Shown in pieces: positions 23,202 to 37,880 of a DNA stretch of 64,000 nucleotides; within the stretch, counting starts at the first letter, position 1; every line of letters starts with the position of its first letter. Source of the DNA: an uncultured Chloroflexia bacterium (GTDB taxonomy: Bacteria; Chloroflexota; Limnocylindria; QHBO01); assembly GCA_963814375.1 (NCBI GenBank), contig CAWFCQ010000003.1, positions 191,557-255,556 on the forward strand, read 5' to 3'. Both the position numbers and the translations under genes were made by a program. The notes below the pieces were generated by a model. That model was not told the DNA's origin. It did not search any database and saw only the letters and a list, made by a program, of their open reading frames with translations.

Positions 23202-23867
23202 ATGACGACCCAGAAGACCCTCAAGCGACGTGTTCGCGCGCGCGCCTCAAAGACCGGCGAGTCGTACACCGCCGCCCGGGCGCAGGTGCTCCGCAAGGCG
23301 GAGGCAGCGACCCCATCGGCCGAGGAGCTCACCGGGATGAGCGACGAGGCGATGATCCGCGGCTCGGGCAAGCCCGTTGCCGAGTGGCTCGACATCCTCG
23401 ACGCCTGGCCGGCGACCGGTCACAGCCACACCGAGATCGCGCGATGGCTCGTTGCCGAGCATGGCATCGGCGGCTGGTGGTCCCAATCCGTGACCGTGGC
23501 CTACGAGCGAGCCCGCGGCCTGCGCGCCGTGAATGAGCGGCCGGACGGCTTCTCCGTCAGCGCGAGCCGCACCATCAAGGCGCCGGCCGAGAGCATCTCG
23601 GATGCATTCACCGACGCGGCCCTCAGACAGCGATGGCTCCCCGATGCGCCCGTCGCGGTACGCACAGCCAACCGCGGCCGCTCCGCCCGCTTCAACTGGG
23701 ACGAGCCGCCGTCGCTCTTCGGCTTCAACCTGTTCGCCAAGGGCGAGGGGAAGACGCAGATCGGCCTGGCACATGAGAAGCTGCCGGACGCCGCGACGGC
23801 CGATCGCCTCAAGCTCATGTGGCGCGACCGCCTCGGCGCGCTGAAGGAGCTGCTGGAGGCGGGCTGA
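23202..23867 (+). CDS. Hypothetical protein: basic N-terminal helix, DUF4287-like domain and SRPBCC-like C-terminus
   Basis: KRRVRARASKTGESYTAAR; EWLDILD..HTEIARWLVAEHGIGGWW; VSASRTI..AFTD..RWL..HEKL..W. Confidence 0.75.
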   Translation: MTTQKTLKRRVRARASKTGESYTAARAQVLRKAEAATPSAEELTGMSDEAMIRGSGKPVAEWLDILDAWPATGHSHTEIARWLVAEHGIGGWWSQSVTVAYERARGLRAVNERPDGFSVSASRTIKAPAESISDAFTDAALRQRWLPDAPVAVRTANRGRSARFNWDEPPSLFGFNLFAKGEGKTQIGLAHEKLPDAATADRLKLMWRDRLGALKELLEAG

Positions 23868-23905
23868 GCACCTTCGGAGCCGATGCGCCGCGTACACTCC
23901 GCGGC

Positions 23906-24359
23906 ATGCGCGTCGCGATCGGCTCCGACCACGCGGGGTTCGAGCTCAAGAGCGAGCTCTGCTCGCTGCTCGACGAGCTTCGGGTCGAATATCGCGACTT
24001 CGGCACCTTCGGGCGCGAGCCGGTCGACTACCCCGACCTGATCGCGCCGGTGGCGCGAGCCGTGGCGAAGGGTGACTTCGAGCTCGGCATCGTGCTCGGC
24101 GGCAGCGGTACCGGCGAGGCGATCGTCGCGAACAAGGTGCGCGGCATTCGCTGCGTGGAGGCCGCCGACCCGGTCACCGCGCGCCTTGGGCCGCGAGCAC
24201 AACGACGCCAACGTCCTCTCGCTCGGGGCGAGGATCGTCGGCACGGAGATCGCGCGCGCCTGCGTCCGTGCCTTCCTCGAGGCCGATTTCGGCGGCGGCC
24301 GCCACGTCGCGCGCGTCGAGAAGATCAGCCGCATCGAGGCCGAGGAGGCGCGAGGCTGA
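23906..24359 (+). CDS. rpiB: Ribose-5-phosphate isomerase B (frameshift near 24188)
   Basis: IGSDHAG, DYPD, GGSGTGE (Glu-type as in mycobacterial RpiB), REHNDANVL, GGRH. Confidence 0.92.
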
Positions 24360-25635
24360 GCCTGGCGCTGAGCCCGATCGCGACCGCGAGCTCCTCGATG
24401 GCGCGCACGGCTCCGGTGCCGCCTTCGCGATGCGCCTCGTCGTCCGCGCCGCGGAGGTGACGGGCGCCGAGCGACTCATCGACATCTCGGGCGCGCATAT
24501 CGACTCCTGCCTCTACCACGGCGAGGCATCGATCGATTTCGTCGAACGCCTGGCCGAAGGCGGCGCCCGCGTCTCGGTGCCGACCACGCTCAACGTCGGC
24601 GGCCTCGACCTGCTCCATCCCGAGCTCGTCCGGACCGATCCCGCGCTCGCCGATCGCGCCCGCCTGCTGATGGAGCGCTACCGCAGCCTCGGGGCGCGAC
24701 CCAGCTTCACCTGCGCTCCCTACCAGCTGGCCGATGCCCGGCCGGCGCTGGGGGACCAGGTTGCGTGGGGTGAGTCGAACGCGATCGCGTTCTGCAACAG
24801 CGTTCTCGGAGCGCGTACCAACCGCTACGGCGACTTCATCGACGTCGCGGCCGCAATCACCGGACGGGTGCCGCGAATCGGGCCTGCATCTCTCCGATGC
24901 GCGCCGCGCAACCCTCGTGCTGCGGCTCGGCGCCGACGTGCCCGCCGCGCTGCGCGATGCGGACGAGCTCTACCCGGTGCTCGGCATCGTGCTCGGCCGC
25001 CGCGCAGGGGCCGCTGTCACCGTCATCGACGGCCTGCCCGCAGGCCAGTCCGAGGACCGGCTCAAGGCGCTCGGCGCGGCAGCCGCGTCGTCGGGATCCG
25101 TCGCGCTGTTCCACGTCGCCGGCTCGACGCCCGAGGCTCCCACCCTCGAGGCGGCGCTCCACGGTCGGCCGCCCGAGGCCGAGGAGGAGATCTCGCTCGC
25201 GGAGCTGCGCAGCACCCGCGACGAGCTGTCGACCCATGCCGGCGAGCGCCTCGCCGCCGTCTCGATCGGAACGCCCCACGCATCGCTCGCCGAGCTCGAC
25301 CGGTACGCGCGCCTTCTGGACGGTGACCGCGTCCACCCCGACGTCGAGTGCCTCGTCTCGACCGGGCGCGACGTGCTGGAGCAGGCCGGCGAGCGGGGCA
25401 TCGTCGACCGGCTCCGCGGGGCGGGCGTCGAGCTGCTCGTCGACACGTGCAGCTACGTCGTGCCGGTCCTGCGCCATCCGGCCGGGCCGGTCATGACCGA
25501 CTCGGGCAAGTGGGCCTACTACGCCCCCGGCAACATCGGCGCGGAGGTGGTGTTCGCCTCCACCGAGGACTGTCTGCGCTCAGCCGTGGCCGGCAGAGTC
25601 GTCCGCGACGATGCGTGTGGGGAGCCTCCCCGTGA
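24356..25635 (+). CDS. Aconitase X catalytic (large) subunit, DUF521; several frameshifts
   Basis: HIDSCLYHG, PTTLN, FTCAPY, AWGESNA, NSVLGARTNR, GTPHAS, DTC, MTDSGKWAYY. Confidence 0.85.
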
Positions 25636-26007
25636 CGGCTCGCGCCCTCGTGCTCGACGAGCCGCTCAGCCTGTGGGGCGGGATGGATCCGGCGACGGGG
25701 GAGGTCATCGACGCGCGGCACCCGCAGCGCGGGGCGAGCCTCGCGGGACGCGCCGTCGTGATGCCTGCCGCTCGCGGGTCGTCCTCGTCGGCATCGGTGC
25801 TGGCCGAGGCCGTCCGGGCCGGGGTGGCGCCGGCGGCCATCTACCTCGGCGAGCCCGACCTCATCCTCGCCATCGGTGCCGCCGTCGCCGAGGAGCTGTA
25901 CGGGATCAAGGTGCCGATCGTGGTGCTGCCGCGGTCCGAGCTCGACGGCGATCGTCGACGGCCAGCCGGTCGAGGTCAGCGCAGCTCCGCGAGGTTCTGC
26001 CAGATGA
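25632..26007 (+). CDS. Aconitase X swivel (small) subunit, DUF126
   Basis: PLSLWGGMDPATGEVID..HPQRG, RGSSSS; GTGA overlap with the large subunit; 3' frameshift. Confidence 0.85.
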
Positions 26008-27793
26008 CGAAGAGGCCGGCCACGACGGCGACGACGACCAGCGTCTGCGACCAGAACGTGATGCCGAGGATCAGCATGGTCACCAACGCCAGGGTGAAGG
26101 TGGTGATCGAGACGACCTCGGCCACGGTTCCGCGCAGAACGGCATCGATGAAGAGGAAGACGCCGATCACCACGATCGCGGCGATCACGCCGAGCTCCGG
26201 GAAGAAGACGAGCACCAGGATCATGCCGATGAGCAGGAGGCCGATGCTCGCCGCCGCCCAGATCTCGAGCAGCCTGCCGAAGCGCTGAGCCTGGGGTGGG
26301 GTCGGCTTCGGGATATGGCGCAGATGTGCGCTTGGCCCCTCCCGTTCCCCGGCCGTGAGGGCGGCGAGACGTGCCGTGATGGCGGCGAGGCGCGAGTCGT
26401 CGGCCGCCCTCTCGGCACGCAGCGCATCCAGCTCCGCCTGGTCGGTCGTGAGGAGGGCAAGTGACGCGCTCGGCGACTCGGGGTCGCCTACCGCGACGGT
26501 CAGCGCTCGCTGCTCGGCGCCCGTGACAGCCACCCGCTCCGCAAGGTCGGTGATCTTCTGCTCGAGGTCCGGCCGGCGCGCCTCGATCTCGGCGGCGCGT
26601 CGCGCGAGCACGTGCGGCTCCACCGATGAAGGCGGCACGAGGTCGAGCTCCGCGAACCCGAGCGGATCCTGCCACGAGGACCGCACCGTGCCATCGCGCC
26701 CGTACATCGGCCCCGCCGGCGCATCCTCGCCCTCGAATGGGTCGCGAACATGGGCTCCCCAGAGGCCGCGATACGCGGTCAGCCAGCCCTGGTCACGCAG
26801 CAGGACCGCGTCCCAGGTCCGCTCCTCTCCGGGACCGATGGCGACGCCGTCGCCTCGCGCGTAGTCGACGAAGGCGATCGGCAGGACTCGTTCACGCCGG
26901 CCCTGCTGCCCCTGGCTGCCGAAGAGGCGGGAGATCGCGCCGGCGATGGCCTTGATGGGGGTCGGGAGCGCGAGCTCGTGCTCGGTGAGGTATTCGCCTC
27001 CCAGGAAGTACGACGCGTGCGATCCGGCGCCGGCGTAGACGACCGGATGGCCGTCCACCAGCTCGAGCTGGTCGCGATCGTCCCACCTGCGTCTGAGGTC
27101 CGCCCCGTTGTAGTCGTGCTGGGCGTAGACCGCCCATGACGCCGGCTGCTCGTCGGCCTCCCCATCGAGGACGACCATCATCATCTCCCAGTCGGCCTCG
27201 TGGTCGTTTGCGCCGTGGAAGCCGCTGCGCCAGTCGTTGTACGCGTAGAAGAACCAGTACTGGAGGACGATCCAGCCCGCCTCGCGCACCACGCGGCCGT
27301 AGTACACGTGGGTCGATTGGCCCTCGGCCATCGCCCGGTACTCGTTCACCGCGTCGCGCGCGAGAGCTCCGGGGACGCGGCCGCGGAGGAGCAGCGCAAG
27401 CGAGAAGAGCGCGTCGACCAGCCGCGACAGGTAGCCGACGCGGGTCAGCCGGCCCGGACCTCGCCGGAATCCGCGAGCCTGCTCGGTCCGATCGCGGAGG
27501 AGGCGACCCGCGCCCAGCTCTGCGGCGGTCCACTCCCGGGCGACGCGCAGGAAGTAGCGACCGGGAACCGCCTCGGCCTGGATGGTTCCGAGCCGCTGGA
27601 GGTCGAGCTTTCCGGCCGGCACGACCTCCCTGGCGGTCCCGTCGTCGAGCCTGACGTTGAGGCTCGCCCGCGCCGCGTACGAACCGACGTCCATCGGGAA
27701 GAAGCTCTCGCCGTGCGTGTAGCGGACGATCGGCTCGTGCCGGCGCAGAAGCTCGAGGTCGTCGGCCGGCGTCCCGGCGGCCGCGTCGGTCAC
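25976..27793 (-). CDS. Membrane-anchored protein with Vps62/NPP1-like core, coiled coil and C-terminal TM helices
   Basis: [53 protein letters not shown]. Confidence 0.7.
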   Translation of the reverse strand: MTDAAAGTPADDLELLRRHEPIVRYTHGESFFPMDVGSYAARASLNVRLDDGTAREVVPAGKLDLQRLGTIQAEAVPGRYFLRVAREWTAAELGAGRLLRDRTEQARGFRRGPGRLTRVGYLSRLVDALFSLALLLRGRVPGALARDAVNEYRAMAEGQSTHVYYGRVVREAGWIVLQYWFFYAYNDWRSGFHGANDHEADWEMMMVVLDGEADEQPASWAVYAQHDYNGADLRRRWDDRDQLELVDGHPVVYAGAGSHASYFLGGEYLTEHELALPTPIKAIAGAISRLFGSQGQQGRRERVLPIAFVDYARGDGVAIGPGEERTWDAVLLRDQGWLTAYRGLWGAHVRDPFEGEDAPAGPMYGRDGTVRSSWQDPLGFAELDLVPPSSVEPHVLARRAAEIEARRPDLEQKITDLAERVAVTGAEQRALTVAVGDPESPSASLALLTTDQAELDALRAERAADDSRLAAITARLAALTAGEREGPSAHLRHIPKPTPPQAQRFGRLLEIWAAASIGLLLIGMILVLVFFPELGVIAAIVVIGVFLFIDAVLRGTVAEVVSITTFTLALVTMLILGITFWSQTLVVVAVVAGLFVIWQNLAELR

Positions 27794-28221
27794 GGGCGAT
27801 CGAGCTCGCGATCGCGATACGAGATCCTCATCTCGGGCGTGAGGAGGAGAAATGCGAGCACCGCCGCCGCCAGCATCGCGACGTACGGCTCGTCCTCCGA
27901 TGCCCAACGCACGATGAGGTAGACGAGCGCCCACCCAATCTGCCAGATGGCGAGGATCCAGCCGAAGCGCCCGGCAACGATCATGAGTGGCGCCGTAACC
28001 AGGCTCAGAACACCGAGGATGAGCGGAGCGAGCCACGGATCACCGCGCCCGCCGGTCGCCGTACCGGCGTCCCGCAGCATCACCGCGCCGACGAAGATGA
28101 GCAGCGCGAGCACCGGCAGAAGGACGATCAGGTCCGGCCGGTCGTCCTTGGCGCTGAGCACGCTGGCGGGTCCGACCGGCGCTTCGGGGGCGTCGGACAG
28201 CTCGGTGGCCGGCTCGGTCAT
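27790..28221 (-). CDS. Hypothetical membrane protein (about 4 TM)
   Basis: Hydrophobic ORF with GTGA overlap to the downstream gene. Confidence 0.6.
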   Translation of the reverse strand: MTEPATELSDAPEAPVGPASVLSAKDDRPDLIVLLPVLALLIFVGAVMLRDAGTATGGRGDPWLAPLILGVLSLVTAPLMIVAGRFGWILAIWQIGWALVYLIVRWASEDEPYVAMLAAAVLAFLLLTPEMRISYRDRELDRP

Positions 28222-28317
28222 CGGTATCGGCGCTCCATCCGTCGGTGGCCCCCGATTGTACCGGCGAGGAAGCCGCAACCCCCGTTGATTCTCGTGGTCG
28301 CCGATTACACTGCCCGC

Positions 28318-29598
<1,281 letters not shown>

Positions 29599-29599
29599 G

Positions 29600-29629
29600 C
29601 GTCGGGGTTCACCGCGGTGGAACCTGACG
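29600..29629. terminator. Hairpin between convergent glyA and the SRPBCC gene
   Basis: CGTCGGGGTTCACCGCGGTGGAACCTGACG imperfect palindrome. Confidence 0.45.
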
Positions 29630-29661
29630 ACCGCGCTCCTGGTGTGCGTTAGCCGGCAGCC

Positions 29662-30150
29662 TCACGCTGCGGAGGCGACACCCCTGCGAACCGTGGGCAT
29701 GGCCGCGGCGACGTGGTCGCGGGCGTATCGGTCCAGGAGGGTGAGCTCCTCTCGGTAGACCTTGGCGAGCATGCGCGGTGCGACGAGGCGCTCGACGAGA
29801 CCGGAAACGCCGTCGGTGAACCAGCGGGTATGGATTTGGACCCGGCTGCCGCCGCCGGGGCCGCGGTCGACGGTGAAGGTCGTCAGCATGCGACGGCTCG
29901 GGTCGGACTCGACGAGCACGCGCCCCGGCTCGGGCTCACCGACGCGCACCCGGTAGGCCGTGGTACGTCCGCCGAGGGTCATCGTGAACCGATGGACGGT
30001 CCCGGCTCCGACGCCCCCGCACTCGATCTCGAAGTCGTTGAACTGGGGCGGGAGGAAGCGCGGGTGATGCTCGCGGAAGTCGCGGATGAGGTGATAGACG
30101 CGGCCGGGAGGCGCATCGATGAGGCGCTCGGCCGAAACGGAGATCTGCAC
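29662..30150 (-). CDS. SRPBCC/polyketide-cyclase family protein
   Basis: VSAERLIDAPP..VY..HHPRFLPP, GGVGAGT, EPEPGRVLVE. Confidence 0.82.
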   Translation of the reverse strand: MQISVSAERLIDAPPGRVYHLIRDFREHHPRFLPPQFNDFEIECGGVGAGTVHRFTMTLGGRTTAYRVRVGEPEPGRVLVESDPSRRMLTTFTVDRGPGGGSRVQIHTRWFTDGVSGLVERLVAPRMLAKVYREELTLLDRYARDHVAAAMPTVRRGVASAA

Positions 30151-30306
30151 AGAGCCATAGTGAGCGCCGGGCGGGCTCGTATCCATCGGTCGATAGTCTG
30201 CTCACGGTTACGTCATTGCGCCGAAGGGCCTATCAGGGCTGGGTGTTCGCGCCTGCGGGGACCCTCGGCTATACTCGCGGCGTCCGACCGCTGTGAGTCG
30301 AACTGA

Positions 30307-30564
30307 ATGGCACAGCTGACGCCTTTGGGGCTCATCAAGATCCTCGGCCAGGTGACCGCGATCATGGTGATTCCCATGGTGGGAGGCACGGTCGCCGGCC
30401 TCGTCATCGACGGGATCCTGGAGACCTCGCCGACCGGTGTGCTGCTCGGCCTGGCGATCGGGACGCTGATCTCGGCCATCGGCATCTGGCTCCTCATTCG
30501 CGCCGGCGTGCGCGATGTCGCTGACGGGGGCAATGCCGATGGGGGCCATCGCGATGACGCATGA
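30307..30564 (+). CDS. AtpZ/AtpI-like (ATPase gene 1) protein, copy 1
   Basis: Two TM helices, G..ID..L.TSP..GL.IG pattern; first gene of the atp operon. Confidence 0.7.
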   Translation: MAQLTPLGLIKILGQVTAIMVIPMVGGTVAGLVIDGILETSPTGVLLGLAIGTLISAIGIWLLIRAGVRDVADGGNADGGHRDDA

Positions 30565-30793
30565 CAACGGCCCCACCGAGGGACCACCCCCGACGCGACC
30601 ACCCAACTGGGGGCTCGGGCTGGACCTCGGCATCCGCCTCGGCGTCTCCGTGGCGATCGGTCTGGGCGGCGGGCTGCTGCTCGACAACTGGCTGGGCACC
30701 CGACCGCTCTTCACGCTGATCGGGATGGTGCTGGGCATCGGTGCGGCCATGATCACGATCTGGAACGTGGCGCGCGATGCGATGAGGAGATAG
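30557..30793 (+). CDS. AtpZ/AtpI-like (ATPase gene 1) protein, copy 2
   Basis: GLLLDNWLGTRPLFTLIGMVLG. Confidence 0.82.
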   Translation, partial: THDNGPTEGPPPTRPPNWGLGLDLGIRLGVSVAIGLGGGLLLDNWLGTRPLFTLIGMVLGIGAAMITIWNVARDAMRR

Positions 30794-31639
30794 ATGCCCG
30801 AAGAAGCGGCCTCAGAGGCGCCGATTCACGTATCGATCGCGGCCGAGGAGCTGTTCAAGATCGGCCCGCTCTCGTTCACCAACTCGATGGTGGGCGCGCT
30901 GCTTGCTTCCCTGGTGCTGCTGCTCGCGGCGTCGTACATCACCCGCCGCTCGGCGCTCATCCCCGGACGGATGCAGAGCGCGCTGGAGCTGCCGATCGAG
31001 CTCATGAGCGGCATCGTGAGCGCCTCCAGCAGCCGATGGCGCGGCTACGTAGCGCTCATCCTCTGCTTCTTCCTGACGATCCTGGTCGCCAACTGGATCG
31101 GCCTGCTGCCCGGCGTCGGCACGATCGGGATCATGCACGTGGAGGAGGGGCACGAGACCCTCGTGCCGCTGGTCCGGCCCGCCAGCGCTGACCTGAACTT
31201 CACCCTCGGCCTGGCGATCGTGGCCTTCGTCATGTTCGTGTACTGGGGCATCCGCGCCAATGGCGGGCTCGGCTACCTGAAGGAGCTGCTCGGCGAGCCT
31301 CGCTACATGGCCCCGCTCATGTTCCCCATCAACCTGATCAGCGAGCTCAGCCGCCTCATCAGCCTCTCCATGCGACTCTTCGGCAACGTCTTCGCCGGCG
31401 AGGTCCTGATCGCGACGATGATCGCGCTGGCCCCCATATTCATCCCGGCCGTCTTCCTCGGGCTCGAGGGCCTCTTCGGCCTGGTCCAGGCGCTCGTCTT
31501 CGCCCTGCTGGCCATGACTTACATCAGCGTCGCCATCGCCGAGCACCACGCGGGTGCCGGACACGACGACGAGCATGGCGAGGCCGATGCCGGCCACGCC
31601 GAGCGCCATCCACCCGCGGCCGAGGCCGCATCCGCATAG
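30794..31639 (+). CDS. atpB: F0 subunit a
   Basis: NWIGLLPG, SLSMRLFGNVFAGE, VQALVF. Confidence 0.96.
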   Translation: MPEEAASEAPIHVSIAAEELFKIGPLSFTNSMVGALLASLVLLLAASYITRRSALIPGRMQSALELPIELMSGIVSASSSRWRGYVALILCFFLTILVANWIGLLPGVGTIGIMHVEEGHETLVPLVRPASADLNFTLGLAIVAFVMFVYWGIRANGGLGYLKELLGEPRYMAPLMFPINLISELSRLISLSMRLFGNVFAGEVLIATMIALAPIFIPAVFLGLEGLFGLVQALVFALLAMTYISVAIAEHHAGAGHDDEHGEADAGHAERHPPAAEAASA

Positions 31640-31646
31640 GGCGTGA

Positions 31647-31916
<270 letters not shown>

Positions 31917-31946
31917 TACCCGTCCACCGGACGAAGGAGTCAGCGC

Positions 31947-32471
31947 ATGGGCGCATTCTTCGAGGCCTTCGCGGTTGATGGCTGGAAGCTCGCCTTCCAG
32001 GTCATCAACTTCCTGATCCTCCTGTTCCTCCTGAACCGATTCCTGTTCAAGCCGGTGCTCGCTCGGCTCGACGAGCGCGGCGCCAAGATCGGGAAGGGGC
32101 TGGAGGACGCGGAAGTTGCGGCGCGCGACCGTGAGCTCGCCCGCGCCGAGCGCGAGGCGGCCGTGGCCGAGGCGCGCAAGGAGGCGGCCGAGATGCTCGC
32201 CCGCTCGAACAAGATCGCCGACGACACGCGCAACGAGATCCTCAACGACGCCCGGACCGAGGCCGAGAAGGTCACGGCGCGGGCCCGCGAGGAGATCACC
32301 GCCGAGAAGGAGAAGGCGATGGCCGAGCTCCGCGCCCAGGTCGCCGACCTGGCGCTCGAGGCGGCCGGCAAGCTCGTGCGCTCGGACATGAACGCCACCA
32401 CGCAGCGGCGGCTCGTCGAGGAGTTCCTCGCCGAGACCCCGGCGCGAGCCGACCCGAAGGCGCGGAACTAG
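31947..32471 (+). CDS. atpF: F0 subunit b
   Basis: QVINFLIL..FKPV..LDER followed by a coiled coil. Confidence 0.95.
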   Translation: MGAFFEAFAVDGWKLAFQVINFLILLFLLNRFLFKPVLARLDERGAKIGKGLEDAEVAARDRELARAEREAAVAEARKEAAEMLARSNKIADDTRNEILNDARTEAEKVTARAREEITAEKEKAMAELRAQVADLALEAAGKLVRSDMNATTQRRLVEEFLAETPARADPKARN

Positions 32472-32475
32472 ACCG

Positions 32476-33012
32476 ATGGCCCGACGGGACACCGCAGCGC
32501 GACGCTACGCGGAGGCGGCCTTCGAGATCGGCCGCTCCGACCGCTCGCTCGACACGTGGGAGCGGGACCTCGACCGGCTGCGCAGCGCGCTGGCCGACGA
32601 GGAGCTGCGCGCGCTGGTCGAGCATCCCGCCGTGGCGTTCGCCGACAAGGAGCGCGTCGTGCGGCGGGTGGTCAGTGATGTCTCGCCGGAGGCGCTGAAC
32701 CTGGTGCTCCTCATGGTCCGTCGCGGGCGTCCCGGGGCGATCGGCCCCATGGTCGACCACTTCGCGACCCTGGTCCGGCGCCACCGCGGCGTCGCGCTGG
32801 CCGAGGTCCGCACCGCCCTGCCGCTGGAGGATGAGCAGCGAACTGCCGTCGTGGAACGGCTGCACGAGCTCACCGGCGACGAGATCGAGATCAACGAGGT
32901 GGTCGACGAGTCGCTGATCGGCGGGATCACCGTCCGCATCGGCGACCGGCTCTACGACGCCAGCGTGCGCAACCGCCTCGAGCGGCTGCGGGCGCGGCTG
33001 ACCGCCGTCTAG
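32476..33012 (+). CDS. atpH: F1 subunit delta
   Basis: [23 protein letters not shown]. Confidence 0.95.
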   Translation: MARRDTAARRYAEAAFEIGRSDRSLDTWERDLDRLRSALADEELRALVEHPAVAFADKERVVRRVVSDVSPEALNLVLLMVRRGRPGAIGPMVDHFATLVRRHRGVALAEVRTALPLEDEQRTAVVERLHELTGDEIEINEVVDESLIGGITVRIGDRLYDASVRNRLERLRARLTAV

Positions 33013-33031
33013 GCGATACGAAAGGAAACAG

Positions 33032-34687
<1,656 letters not shown>

Positions 34688-34865
34688 CTCGATGGATCGC
34701 GGCGTCTTCACCGGAACGGCCCGCCAGGTGTCGTTCTCACGACATATCGCGGCCATCCACGCACGAAGCGCACCTCCGGGTGCCGCTCAGGCGTGTCGGC
34801 CCGCGATTGATCGCGAGAACCGCACCTCAAACCGTGCTCCGGTGAAGATCTCGCGATTTATCGCG
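34688..34865. repeat. 178-bp imperfect palindromic dispersed element, copy 3 (atpA-atpG junction)
   Basis: Begins immediately after the atpA stop; same arms as copies 1 and 2. Confidence 0.8.
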
Positions 34866-34889
34866 ACGGGCCACGGAGCGCGCGCGTAG

Positions 34890-35777
34890 ATGCCAAGCCT
34901 GAAGGACATCCGCGGCCGGATCGGATCGGTCCGGAACATCGCCCAGATCACCAGGGCGATGGAGATGGTGGCTGCCTCGCGCATGAAGCGCGCCCAGGAC
35001 GCCATCCTCGCCGCGCGTCCGTACTCGGACGAGCTGCGCGACGTCCTGAGCCGAGTGGCGGCCGTCGTCGGCGAGGAGGTCGACCCGCTCCTCGCCCGCC
35101 GGCCGGTGAAGCGAGTCGCGCTGATCATGATCACCACCGACCGCGGCCTGGCAGGATCCATCAACGCCAACGCGATCCGCGCCGTGCTGCGCTGGACGCA
35201 GGAGCGGATCAGCTCCGGCAACGGCCAGGGGCCGGTCGAGATCGAGGCGATCACCATCGGCCGTAAGGGCCGCGACGGGCTGCGCCGCGCCGGCATCCCG
35301 ATCGCCGCGCACTTCAATCAGCTCGGCGACCGCCCCGCTTACACCGATGTCACGCCGATTGCGCGGCTCGTCACCGACGACTTCCTCGAGGAGAAGTACG
35401 ACGAGATCCACGTCGCCTACAGCACCTTCATCAGCACGCTGACGCAGCGGCCGGAGATCACGCAGCTGCTGCCGATCACCAACCCGCAGCAGGCGGCAGG
35501 CGCCGAGATCGAGAACGACGAGTACATCTTCGAGCCGTCGGCGGCATCGGTGCTCCGCAGGCTGCTCCCGCACTTCGTGGCCATCGACCTGTATCGGGCC
35601 GTGCTCGAGAACCAGGCGTCCGAGCAGAGCGCCCGGATGATCGCGATGCGCAACTCGACCGACAATGCCAACGAGCTCATCGAGGACCTGACCCTCGTCT
35701 ACAACAAGACGCGGCAGGCCACCATCACCCGCGAGATGATCGAGATCGCCTCCGGGGCCGAAGCCCTGGGCGGCTGA
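34890..35777 (+). CDS. atpG: F1 subunit gamma
   Basis: QITRAMEMVAAS, DRGLAG, ASEQSARMIAM, RQATITRE. Confidence 0.97.
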   Translation: MPSLKDIRGRIGSVRNIAQITRAMEMVAASRMKRAQDAILAARPYSDELRDVLSRVAAVVGEEVDPLLARRPVKRVALIMITTDRGLAGSINANAIRAVLRWTQERISSGNGQGPVEIEAITIGRKGRDGLRRAGIPIAAHFNQLGDRPAYTDVTPIARLVTDDFLEEKYDEIHVAYSTFISTLTQRPEITQLLPITNPQQAAGAEIENDEYIFEPSAASVLRRLLPHFVAIDLYRAVLENQASEQSARMIAMRNSTDNANELIEDLTLVYNKTRQATITREMIEIASGAEALGG

Positions 35778-37199
<1,422 letters not shown>

Positions 37200-37611
37200 A
37201 TGCCGCTGAAGCTCGAGATCGTCTCGCCGGAGCGCCGGGTCTACGACGACGAGGTGGACATGGTCATCGTGCCGGGCCGCAACGGGCAGCTCGGCATCCT
37301 GCCGCACCACACGCGGCTCATCAGCTCACTCGGCGTGGGTGAGCTCCGGATCAAGAAGGGCGGCAACGAGGAGTCACTCCTCATCAGCGGTGGGTTCGTC
37401 GAGGTCCGTCCCGACAAGGTCATCGTCATGGCCGACCTGGCCGAGCACTCCGACGAGATCGACGAGGCGCGAGCGGTCGAGGCACGAAAGGCCGCCGAGG
37501 CCGAGCTCGAGTCCAGCAAGGATCCGGTCGATGTCGCCCGCGTCCGCGCCGCGCTCCAGACCGCGCTCATGCGCGAGCGGATCGCCACCCGCCGCCGCTC
37601 CCGGGGTGTAG
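37200..37611 (+). CDS. atpC: F1 subunit epsilon (as read, the ORF continues to 37865)
   Basis: LEIVSPER, GQLGILPHH, ISGGFVEV; likely true stop TAG 37609-37611 after a G4 run. Confidence 0.9.
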
Positions 37612-37619
37612 GGGCCGCC

Positions 37620-37865
37620 GTGGGCGACGACGTACCGATGACGCCCGAGGAGGCCGAGAAGGCGCATCTGCGTGGGCCGGAGGGCGCGCCCGATCCCGGA
37701 CATCGGCGTATGCAGGAGCTCCGCAAGATCGGCCGCGACTATCCGTTCATCTGCCCGGTCGATTTCAAGCCGCACAGGGGCTCGCCGCCGGGCGAGGACC
37801 CGAACCTGGACCCGCAGTTCGTCGCGAACCACCGCGAGGATGACGGCGCCCACTACCTCGGCTGA
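37620..37865 (+). CDS. Hypothetical 81-aa protein (in frame with atpC as read)
   Basis: GTG preceded by GGGG; GC3-rich codons. Confidence 0.5.
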   Translation: MGDDVPMTPEEAEKAHLRGPEGAPDPGHRRMQELRKIGRDYPFICPVDFKPHRGSPPGEDPNLDPQFVANHREDDGAHYLG

Positions 37866-37880
37866 TCAGGGACCAGCCCG

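Noticed and set aside
28222-28317. ZTP or glycine riboswitch before glyA
   Set aside because: Short gap, no consensus motifs, and a -10 directly before the ATG
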